DNA from: Elusimicrobiota bacterium
Lineage (GTDB): Bacteria > Elusimicrobiota > Elusimicrobia > Elusimicrobiales > UBA9959
Length of the DNA: 64,000 nt
Direction: 5' to 3'
Assembly: GCA_027340875.1 (NCBI GenBank)
Contig: DAIENX010000007.1
Span: 32,001-96,000, forward strand
The notes under the pieces are model-generated. The model was not told the origin of the DNA. It saw nothing but the letters and a program-made list of their open reading frames with translations, and did no database searches. Positions 8,894-16,557 of this stretch are shown here, piece by piece. Position numbers and translations under genes: made by a program. The first letter of the stretch is position 1. Each line of letters starts with the position of its first letter.

Positions 8894-9320
8894 TTTTGTT
8901 TTCTTCCCACGGTATGGCTATTCCCAGAGCATCGGTCTTGTAGTCGCCGCTCTCCGCCTCTTTCAGCAGCTTCTCGATCTCCTTCTCCAGCTCCGCGTCC
9001 AGCACCGGGGCGGCGGCCGCCGGTTCCGCGGGTCTGGGCTGCGCGGAAAGAAGGGCCCTGACCACTATCCTCTCGCGCAGGGCCTGGTTCACGGCCGAGA
9101 CCTTGAGGCGGAAAGCGTGGTGCAGCAGTTCGTTGCGGAACTCGCCCTCCAGGTCGCGGCCCGCCGGGAACTTGCCGTTCTTGGACTCCAGCACGGCCGA
9201 GAGAGCGCCGCCCTTGTCCTTGCCCAGCTTCACGTACGCGGCCTTGGAGAACGTGTATGCCGCGGCATAGACGCACTCGATAGGGTAAACGGAAAGATCT
9301 ATCTTCACCTGTATTTTCAT
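8859..9320 (-). CDS. hxsD: His-Xaa-Ser system protein HxsD
   Basis: YPIECVYAAAYTF...GEFRNELLHHAFR...NQALRERIV pattern and position directly upstream of hxsB. Confidence 0.8.
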   Translation of the reverse strand: MKIQVKIDLSVYPIECVYAAAYTFSKAAYVKLGKDKGGALSAVLESKNGKFPAGRDLEGEFRNELLHHAFRLKVSAVNQALRERIVVRALLSAQPRPAEPAAAAPVLDAELEKEIEKLLKEAESGDYKTDALGIAIPWEENKNAKARKAKRKN

Positions 9321-9339
9321 GCTGATCCTCTAACGCAGT

Positions 9340-9903
9340 TTATCTCAACCTGCAGCAAAGCATTTCGCCAGTAGCCTGTATACCGCCGGGAGGGCCCATC
9401 TGGTACATCTGGTTGCCGACGCGGGCGGCCACTACGGCGGTCTTGGCGCCGAGACACATCGTGACGACGCCGTAAGAATAGCTCTGCCAGGAACAGTCCA
9501 GCGGGACCGTCGGGTCGGACCAGCGGGCCAGGCCGTTGCCGTCCGAGGTAAGCAGCCGGCCGTTGGCCTGCGTGCCGTCCTGCAGCTCGAAGCTGCCGAC
9601 CACGTGGAGTTTTGCGGCCGGGGAAGGGGTGCCTATTCCAACATTGCCGCCGTCCCTGGCCAGCAGGGTCTGGCTGGTGGTAAGTATGCTGACGTAGCCG
9701 CCGTAGGGGGCAGGGTAATAAGTGGTCAGCGTAAGCGTCTCGGAGCCGATGAAGCCCGGATGCCAGCAGATGAACATGAGGGCCATCAGCGCCACCACCG
9801 TCTTCCGGTGCGTCCTGCCGAGCCTGTCCAGCCAGGCAGGCAGGCCGGGCTGGTGAAGCCAGTCCAGCGAGAACCTTATAACGATATCGCGGTTATTTTT
9901 CAT
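9340..9903 (-). CDS. Membrane-anchored hypothetical protein with TLTTYYPAPYG and GNVGIGT motifs (fibre/adhesin-like)
   Basis: Hydrophobic segment VVALMALMFICW, ETLTLTTYYPAPYGGY, GNVGIGTPSPAAKLHV, C-terminal Cys residues; 19 bp upstream of hxsD. Confidence 0.7.
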   Translation of the reverse strand: MKNNRDIVIRFSLDWLHQPGLPAWLDRLGRTHRKTVVALMALMFICWHPGFIGSETLTLTTYYPAPYGGYVSILTTSQTLLARDGGNVGIGTPSPAAKLHVVGSFELQDGTQANGRLLTSDGNGLARWSDPTVPLDCSWQSYSYGVVTMCLGAKTAVVAARVGNQMYQMGPPGGIQATGEMLCCRLR

Positions 9904-10088
9904 AGTCGCCGCCCCCGATAAGCGCGAAAAGCACATCCTTGCGCAACGGCCCCTACGGTCGGGACGCGTTGCATATCACACGGACCGCCACGGGCTTGCT
10001 CCCATGGCACTCACCGATCCGGATTTCGTTCGCGCGCCTACGCGCATGCTAGCCATCCGCCGGCTTACGCCGGCGATACTTCGACTAT
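9902..10088 (-). ncRNA. Candidate structured 5' leader RNA of the hxs operon
   Basis: Nested inverted repeats 9902-9908/10082-10088 and 9922-9928/10029-10035; hairpins 9943-9972, 9987-10008 and 10058-10075; lies between promoter and first ATG. Confidence 0.5.
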
Positions 10089-10095
10089 ATTATTA

Positions 10096-10124
10096 ATTAT
10101 AGCAGAAATCTTTCCGATTTTCAA
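10096..10124 (-). promoter_or_regulatory. Sigma70-type promoter of the hxs/radical SAM operon
   Basis: Minus strand reads TTGAAA-N17-TATAAT with an extended -10 (TGcTATAAT). Confidence 0.8.
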
Positions 10125-10254
10125 TGGGAGCCGCCTTCAGCCGCGGCCGCTGGAGGGACCGCCCGTCCCGGACAGGCTCCAGGGCAGAAAAGCCCGGCAG
10201 GCCCATGTGCAGGAGGTCCCGGCATTACCGGGGGCCAGCGATCAGGCAGACCCC

Positions 10255-11733
10255 TCAGCTGCCGGCCTTTATCCCTCTCGACCTGACGAACTTGTCGAGG
10301 TCGAACTTCTCGAAGGGCTGGTAATTCTTCTGCCGCCAGGGCTTGTTGGTGATGAAGCTCCAGCCCATCTTGATGAACATGTTGAGGTAGGTCCTATGGA
10401 GCGGCTTCTTCGAGAAGAAATAGTTCCCGAGGAACTTCCTGTTCACGATAAGTGCCTTCCCGATCCATTTTTTATAGTACTTGTCGGCCTCCCCGACCGA
10501 CATATCCGCGGTCCTGGTTATCGCGTTGAGCCAGTTGAACTGCGAGAAATCCGTCACCTCTATCGCGCCCATCTTCTTGCATTCGTCGTAATAGGGGGTG
10601 CCCGGCAGCGGCGTGGTGAAATCCGGGCCCACGATGTCGCAGTTCTCGATCAGGAAGTCGAGGGTATTGTGCAGGTCCTCCTTGGTATCCCACGGACTGC
10701 CCCACATCAGCATTCCCATGATTATGAAATTGTGCTTCTGGGCTATCTTTATGGCCTTGTTTATCACCTCGAGGGTCTGCGGCTTCTGCAGCCTTTGCAG
10801 TTCGCTGGGCTTCGAGGTCTCTATCCCCAGCATGATCTGATACACGCCTATCTCGTTGAGGTCCTTCATCAGGCTCTCGTTCCTGATCACGTTGAAGCAG
10901 GTCGTCTGTATCCACATCAGGACGCCCAGCTTCCTGGCCCGCATGAGCTTTATGAACTCCCGGGTGCGGTCCTGGTCGTGGAGGAAGTCGTTGTCCCCGA
11001 CGTAGAAGACCTTTTTGCCGTATTTCTTGCTCAGCAGCTCGAGCACGTCCACCATGTACTTCGCCCCGTGCCCGCGCCAGGAATGCTGCCAGTGTATGGC
11101 CTCGCTGCAGAACCTGCAGTGCCCCACGCAGCCCCTCGCGAAATTCACGGTGAAGCCGACCTTGCCGCCGAACGGGGCCAGGCCGTACCTCTCCATCGGG
11201 AACAGGTCGAAGGCGGGCATCGGGAGCTCGTCCAGGTCCTTTATCATCGGCCGAGGGGCGTTCTTTACGGCCTCTCCGTCCTTGAGCCAGGCCAGGCCTT
11301 TTATCCCCGAAAGGTCTCTCTCCTTCTTCTCCACGGCCCGGAGCAGCTCCATCAGCGTGACCTCTCCCTCGCCCGTGACGATGTAATCGAACAGCCCGCT
11401 TTCAAGGGCGTCCTTCCACATGTAGGAGCCCATATAGCCGCCGGTCACTATCTTGGCGCCGGGCAGCACCTTTCTCGCTATCTTCGCGGCGTTCACCGTA
11501 TCCTGCCAGAAAGCCGTTACCGACCCGGTTATGGCCACGACGTCCGGCCGCTCATTATCGAGCGTCTCCGCCGTTCTGTCCCATGGCTTATCGGGCGCGA
11601 CGGCGGCGTCGAAGACCTTCGTTTCGAACTCTTTCCTGGCTACCGCGGCGAGGTATATGAGCGACGGCGAGGCCGTCACGCCCCTGAAAAATTCCCAGTA
11701 TTGGTGGAGCGGTTCAAGAAAAAGGACTTTCAT
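10255..11733 (-). CDS. Cobalamin-binding radical SAM protein (class B methyltransferase/BchE-like architecture)
   Basis: N-terminal B12-binding-like domain (LIYLAA...PDVVAIT...VTGG...DYIVTGEGE), then ARGCVGHCRFC, GIET, TPLPGT. Confidence 0.9.
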   Translation of the reverse strand: MKVLFLEPLHQYWEFFRGVTASPSLIYLAAVARKEFETKVFDAAVAPDKPWDRTAETLDNERPDVVAITGSVTAFWQDTVNAAKIARKVLPGAKIVTGGYMGSYMWKDALESGLFDYIVTGEGEVTLMELLRAVEKKERDLSGIKGLAWLKDGEAVKNAPRPMIKDLDELPMPAFDLFPMERYGLAPFGGKVGFTVNFARGCVGHCRFCSEAIHWQHSWRGHGAKYMVDVLELLSKKYGKKVFYVGDNDFLHDQDRTREFIKLMRARKLGVLMWIQTTCFNVIRNESLMKDLNEIGVYQIMLGIETSKPSELQRLQKPQTLEVINKAIKIAQKHNFIIMGMLMWGSPWDTKEDLHNTLDFLIENCDIVGPDFTTPLPGTPYYDECKKMGAIEVTDFSQFNWLNAITRTADMSVGEADKYYKKWIGKALIVNRKFLGNYFFSKKPLHRTYLNMFIKMGWSFITNKPWRQKNYQPFEKFDLDKFVRSRGIKAGS

Positions 11734-11925
11734 TACGGTTTCTCCCTGCTGGCCGGCCGCAAGATCGAACGCGGCTCCGCGTCATCCCTCCTCACGACGG
11801 GAACACGGAACCCCGCATCTACAAACTACCACATTACTGACCCTTAAGCCAAGAGCGGCGGCTTTCATCGGGAGGGGCGCGGGACAGTTGGTCCCGCGGC
11901 GTCCGCAGTGCCGCGGTCCAGGGTA

Positions 11926-11954
11926 TTGACAGCCGCCGGGTTTCGTCTTATAAT
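11926..11954 (+). promoter_or_regulatory. Perfect-consensus sigma70 promoter
   Basis: TTGACA (11926-11931), 17-nt spacer, TATAAT (11949-11954). Confidence 0.9.
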
Positions 11955-11981
11955 CGGATTATACGGGTGACAGGAGGAAAG

Positions 11982-12092
11982 ATGCCTGCGATCGCTAAAT
12001 CTCCGGTAAAACCGGCTAAAAAACTGAACAAAACGCTGAAAGCGGACAAGAAACTGTCGCGGTACTGCCGTTCCGGCAGGGTTCTCTGGTAA
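11982..12092 (+). CDS. 36-aa putative RiPP precursor MPAIAKSPVKPAKKLNKTLKADKKLSRYCRSGRVLW
   Basis: AGGAGG at 11972-11977, ATG 11982, TAA 12090-12092; sits between the consensus promoter and a SPASM radical SAM gene; too short for the ORF track. Confidence 0.8.
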   Translation: MPAIAKSPVKPAKKLNKTLKADKKLSRYCRSGRVLW

Positions 12093-12094
12093 AC

Positions 12095-12154
12095 CGGTCC
12101 GATAACGCGACGAAGTCCCCGTAACCGCGGGGACTTCTCGTTTCCAGCGGACCG
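12095..12154 (+). promoter_or_regulatory. Long intergenic hairpin between precursor and maturase (attenuator/stabiliser)
   Basis: gaagtccccg 12112-12121 / cggggacttc 12128-12137, plus outer cggtccg 12095-12101 / cggaccg 12148-12154. Confidence 0.7.
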
Positions 12155-12168
12155 TCAAACGGAGAAAG

Positions 12169-13656
12169 ATGGCACAAAAACCGGCATTCCTCTTCGAGAA
12201 ACTCGGGCGCCGCATCGGCGTCTCTACCGGCACCGGCGATTTCTACGAGCTGTCCCCTGCCGTCTACAAGGCCCTTAAGAAGTGGAATAGCGCGATCGAA
12301 GAAAAGGGCGGAAAACTCTCGACCGCGGCGGCGGAAAAGCTGGCCCGCGGCTTTTCGGTCCCGGCGGAGATCTCCGCTCTGTTCCCGCTGCGCGCCGCCA
12401 GGTCCGGGCCTCCCGACATCCGCGCCCGCCTGACCGACCTGACGCTGAACATAACCTCCGACTGCAACCTGCGCTGCGTCTACTGCTGGAACGATACCGG
12501 GAAATATTCGAACGGTTCGTTCAAGAAGGCGAAGAGCGCCCGTCCGGAAGCCGCGGCCTGCCCTCCCCCGATGTCCGTGGAAACGGCCTGCCGGGCCGTG
12601 GACCTGCTGGTCAAGATGAGCCGCGGGGAAAAACAGCTGGTCGTGGATTTTTACGGCGGGGAGCCTCTTAAGAACCTGCCCACGCTCCTGGGCGCGGTCG
12701 CCTACTGCAAGGCCCTGGGAAAGAAAACGAACATCCGGTTCCATTTCCTGCTGGCCACCAACGGGACCCTGCTGACCCCGGCGCTGGCCGAGAAGCTGCT
12801 GGGACTGGGGGTACAGATAGCGGTAAGCGTGGACGGCCCCAGGAAGCTGCACGACCGGAACAGGCCCTTTCACGACGGGAAAGGCAGCTTCGCCGCGATA
12901 GCGCGAAACCTGCGGAACATGCGTCCGGAGACGAGACGCAGGCTGGTCGGGAGGACGACCGTCACCCCTTACTACACGGACATGGTCGCGCTTTACCGCA
13001 ACCTAAAGGACCTGGGGTTCGAGCGCGTGGAGATCTTCGAGAGCGAGGACGCGTGCCACAAGATAACCCCGGGGAGGGAAGCCGTTTTCTTCCACAAGGA
13101 AAAGGACTTCCGCAGGATCCTCGGGGAGTACGATCTGCTGGCCGGGAAATATTCGGACGAGGCCGTAAAGGGCGTCCTGGATTACGGAAAGACCTTCTTC
13201 AACAGGTTCTTCAAGCTGATGCAGAGGCTTTATTACAACCAGCAGGTCACCGGCGGGTGCCCGGCGGCCCAGGGCCAGATAGCGGTGTCGTCCGACGGCG
13301 AGATCTTCCCCTGCACCTCGTTCATAGGGATAAAGGCCTTCTCCCTCGGGAACGTGCACTCCGGGCTGGACCGCAAAAAACATCTCTCGCTGCTGCGGAA
13401 AACCGCCGGAAGGTTCAGGAGGTGCGCCGGCTGCGAGATCTTCAGCGTCTGCGGGACCACCGGGTCCTGCCTGAACATCAACCATTATTTCAACGGGGAC
13501 GTATCCAGGCCTCATGCCAGGAGTTGCAGGCTGTTCACGGAAAAGATAAAGCTGGCCATGGCCGTGCTCGCCGACCTTTCGGAAAGGATGCCGGACAGGC
13601 TGGAGGCTCTTTTCGGCCACGATCCCGTAGGACGTAGAGGGAACGAACTCTATTGA
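12169..13656 (+). CDS. Radical SAM/SPASM peptide maturase with N-terminal RRE-like extension
   Basis: CNLRCVYC, DFYGGEPL, TNGTLL, SVDGP..HD..R; SPASM-type GCPAA...DGEIFPC...CAGCEIFSVCGTTGSC...C; about 85 aa precede the core. Confidence 0.9.
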   Translation: MAQKPAFLFEKLGRRIGVSTGTGDFYELSPAVYKALKKWNSAIEEKGGKLSTAAAEKLARGFSVPAEISALFPLRAARSGPPDIRARLTDLTLNITSDCNLRCVYCWNDTGKYSNGSFKKAKSARPEAAACPPPMSVETACRAVDLLVKMSRGEKQLVVDFYGGEPLKNLPTLLGAVAYCKALGKKTNIRFHFLLATNGTLLTPALAEKLLGLGVQIAVSVDGPRKLHDRNRPFHDGKGSFAAIARNLRNMRPETRRRLVGRTTVTPYYTDMVALYRNLKDLGFERVEIFESEDACHKITPGREAVFFHKEKDFRRILGEYDLLAGKYSDEAVKGVLDYGKTFFNRFFKLMQRLYYNQQVTGGCPAAQGQIAVSSDGEIFPCTSFIGIKAFSLGNVHSGLDRKKHLSLLRKTAGRFRRCAGCEIFSVCGTTGSCLNINHYFNGDVSRPHARSCRLFTEKIKLAMAVLADLSERMPDRLEALFGHDPVGRRGNELY

Positions 13657-13727
13657 ACCCGGCGACCGCGGTCAACGGACAATGTCCGCAAGGGTCAATA
13701 CCCAGGGCCGCGCCGCATATGCTTCCC

Positions 13728-15263
13728 TCAGCGCTTCCCGGAGCCGGACGCAACGTATTCCGCGGCGAGCTTCGCCGCGCTGCCGCCGGATTGTATGGCC
13801 ATGGTCATCCCTGAACCGGGAGAAGTCCACTGTCCCGAGAGGAAAAGACCGCGCACGGGGGAGACCTGCGGCAATCTGTCGAACAGCGTCTGGCCGACCT
13901 TGTTCTCCCAGCCGTAGATCGCCCCCTCGTCCACCCCGGTCCGCGCCTCTATGGAGGCCGGGTCGAAGATCTCCATCTCGCGCACCTTGCTCCGAAGGCC
14001 CGGCAGCACGCTCTCGACCATGTCTATCAGGCGGTCCGCACGGGCCGCGCGGTTCTTCTTCCAGTAAGCCCGGCCGCGCCAGGGAGAGAGCGTGATGACC
14101 GCCAGCGAGCTGCAGCCGCGCGGCGCCTGCGAAGGATCCGCGAGGGAATGGAGGCAGAGGCCGAACGAGCTGATCTCCCCCTGCGTCGTCAGAGCGTAGT
14201 TCTCGTCGTGATCGAGGCCGCGGTAGAAGCTGGTGGCGTAGACCGGCGGCCTCTCGAGCCGCCCGATATCCAGCTCCGCGCCTATCAGCAAATGGAACGC
14301 GGACAGCGAGGTGCTCATCCCGCGCAGGCGCGAGAGGTAAGGCGCCGGCGCGACGCTCGCACCGAGCATGGCGCCGAAGGTAAGCCTGGCCGGGGCGTTG
14401 GAGATGACGCAGCGCGCGTCCACGCGGGTCCCGTCCTCGAGCTCCACCCCCTTCGCCGCGCCGGCGGCGGTAAGTATGCGCCGCACGGGCGCGCCGGTCC
14501 TCACCGTCCCGCCGCGCGCTGTTATGGAGCCGGCCAGCGCCTCGCTCAGGCTGCGCGAGCCGCCCCTGATATAGAAGGGCTTCTCCGCCGTGAAGGCGCC
14601 CAGCATGGCCACCATCATCATGGCGGGCACCCGGCCCGGCGGCACGCCCAGGTATACCCAGGGAGCGCCGAGTATGGCCACCAGCTCGGGGGACCGGAAA
14701 TGCTCGCGGCAGTAATCCCCGAAGGTCCGCTTGGCATAGCGCATCATGGCCGCCGAATTGACCATATTGCGCAGTTCGGCGGCCGGGCTGGAGCATTCCC
14801 TGAGGCGGTCCCTCCAGCCGCCGGACTTCAGCATGCGGTCCATCCGGTAGAGACTGCGGCCCTGCTCGAGCATTTTGCTTATCGCGCGGCGCTCGGCGGG
14901 GAAACGCCTGCAGAGGGCCGCCTCGAGCTCGCCGGCGTCGGCGGGGAACAGGAAGCGGAGCCCCGGGAACACCACCTCCATGAAAGCGGGCAGCTCGATG
15001 AACTCCACCTTCCGGTCCACCCCCATCTCCCGGAGCAGTCCCGCGCTCTGGGTACCCGTACTGCCGAGGCCGTAGACCTGGTGCAGCGCCCGCTCGAACG
15101 AGTAGCCGCCGCGCCTCACTACGCTGGCGTTGCCCCCCACCTCCTCGTTGCGCTCGGCCAGGAAGACCTTGTAGCCGCGGCTGGCCAGCAAGGCCCCCGC
15201 CGACAAGCCTCCGAGGCCGCCGCCTATCACCGCCGCGTCGAAATCAGTGCCGTTCTTTTTCAT
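13728..15263 (-). CDS. Phytoene desaturase (CrtI)-like FAD-dependent oxidoreductase
   Basis: VIGGGLGGLSAG dinucleotide-binding motif, GG...G(Y)SF, C-terminal GLFLSGQWTSPGSG. Confidence 0.85.
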   Translation of the reverse strand: MKKNGTDFDAAVIGGGLGGLSAGALLASRGYKVFLAERNEEVGGNASVVRRGGYSFERALHQVYGLGSTGTQSAGLLREMGVDRKVEFIELPAFMEVVFPGLRFLFPADAGELEAALCRRFPAERRAISKMLEQGRSLYRMDRMLKSGGWRDRLRECSSPAAELRNMVNSAAMMRYAKRTFGDYCREHFRSPELVAILGAPWVYLGVPPGRVPAMMMVAMLGAFTAEKPFYIRGGSRSLSEALAGSITARGGTVRTGAPVRRILTAAGAAKGVELEDGTRVDARCVISNAPARLTFGAMLGASVAPAPYLSRLRGMSTSLSAFHLLIGAELDIGRLERPPVYATSFYRGLDHDENYALTTQGEISSFGLCLHSLADPSQAPRGCSSLAVITLSPWRGRAYWKKNRAARADRLIDMVESVLPGLRSKVREMEIFDPASIEARTGVDEGAIYGWENKVGQTLFDRLPQVSPVRGLFLSGQWTSPGSGMTMAIQSGGSAAKLAAEYVASGSGKR

Positions 15264-15417
15264 AGTTTCACCCGGGGACCGGGTCTCCCGCGCATTCCGC
15301 CTATAATATCAAAAAGCGGAAGAGCTTTCGTCAGAAGACGCAGCTTCTGCCAAAATGAACGGTGGGCGGGATGCCAGGGGAGAACGGGGACGGGGGGAAG
15401 GGCGGTTTTCCGCGGTT

Positions 15418-15804
15418 TCAGAGCAGCACTACCAGCAGGGTCGCGCCGAACTTTTCCTTCAAAAAGGCCCGCGCCTCCTCCGCGATGTCCCTGAAATCCT
15501 CCAGGTCGGCGGGAGAGGCGGAGAGGAAAGAGGCCGGGTCCCGGACCGCCAGCACGTAACCCTTCGCCGGGACCTCGTTCGGGAGCGAACGCAGGCAGTC
15601 CAGCAGGGCGTCCCAGTTCCCGCCGAAATAGGCCGGGAACCTGAACGCCGACGAGACCGCGGCCAGCAGCCCGGCCTTGTCCCTGGCCGCAGATCCGTCT
15701 ATGAAGGCCGTAAAATAATCCGGAGGAGGGAACCTTTTCAGGACCTCCTCCTCCGAAGCGGACCCCTTGAGGTCCAGGAACAGCCCGCCGGCGCCCGGGG
15801 GCAT
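15418..15804 (-). CDS. Barstar family ribonuclease inhibitor
   Basis: FRFPAYFGGNWDALLDCLRSL motif; 5 bp downstream of the RNase gene. Confidence 0.9.
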   Translation of the reverse strand: MPPGAGGLFLDLKGSASEEEVLKRFPPPDYFTAFIDGSAARDKAGLLAAVSSAFRFPAYFGGNWDALLDCLRSLPNEVPAKGYVLAVRDPASFLSASPADLEDFRDIAEEARAFLKEKFGATLLVVLL

Positions 15805-15809
15805 GCGGC

Positions 15810-16370
15810 TCAGTAGACCACCGTCAGCAGGATAAAGTTCTTGTAGTGGTCGGGGGTGTAGTAGATCTTCTCGCCGCCGCCTATTATCACCCGCTCCGAG
15901 CCGCGGGCGCTGAGGTCGGGGGCCACCTGGTAGGTGGTGCCGCCTATGGTCACCGTGTGCGGCGCGTTGCCGGTCAGAAGCGTGTACTCGTGGTAGTAGC
16001 CCTTGGGCTGCTGCGGCAGGCGTCCTTCCTTGTTGGAGAAGATCGCGCCGTCCTGGGAATACGGGAGATGGTTCCCGTTGTAGATGTCGGAGATCAGCTT
16101 CATCAGCGCCTTGATGCGGGCGCCGTCCTGGATGGCGGGGCTGAAGTCGCGGCCGGGAGCGGGCGCGCCGGCCGAGGCGCGCGTTTCCGCAGCGGGAGCG
16201 GCCATCGGAACGATAATCTCATTCGGGGAGGGGATCGCGTCCAGGCCCTGCAGCACCACCGCGCCGGACAGGTCGCCCAGCGCTGTCGCGCCTGGGCGCT
16301 CGGCGAAGACCCGTGGCGAAACCGCGAGCAGGGAAAGTATTACGGCGGTCTGAAACCATCTTTTAAGCAT
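15810..16370 (-). CDS. Secreted guanyl-specific ribonuclease (barnase/RNase Sa family)
   Basis: Signal-peptide-like N-terminus; DGAIFSNKEGRLP...YYHEYT...ERVIIG...YYTPDHY. Confidence 0.9.
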   Translation of the reverse strand: MLKRWFQTAVILSLLAVSPRVFAERPGATALGDLSGAVVLQGLDAIPSPNEIIVPMAAPAAETRASAGAPAPGRDFSPAIQDGARIKALMKLISDIYNGNHLPYSQDGAIFSNKEGRLPQQPKGYYHEYTLLTGNAPHTVTIGGTTYQVAPDLSARGSERVIIGGGEKIYYTPDHYKNFILLTVVY

Positions 16371-16557
16371 GTTCTTTTTCCTTGTGTTGTAATGGCGCCG
16401 ATCGCGCTCGCGTTCCGGCATTACCGCAGTTATATTTTAGTATATAACGTTTTTCTGCCTAGGGCCCTAGGACCCAGACCCGCCTAGGCCCAAAGACCCA
16501 GAGAACCAAAAGAAAGGCCGGGGCGGGCCCGGCCTTCCCTTGACCGGCTGGAGCCGG

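Noticed and set aside
11714..11785. 23-aa minus-strand ORF MTRSRVRSCGRPAGRNRNESPFS as a precursor for the B12 radical SAM enzyme
   Set aside because: The purine-rich run abuts the ATG with almost no spacing, the ORF overlaps the next gene out of frame, and it has no leader/core pattern.
13728..15263. CrtI-like oxidoreductase as a tailoring enzyme of the 36-aa peptide
   Set aside because: Convergent orientation and a widespread family; nothing beyond adjacency links them.
16455..16512. Short degenerate (g/a)ccca(g/a)ag repeats
   Set aside because: Too few and too degenerate to support an element; they adjoin the PhoH terminator hairpin.
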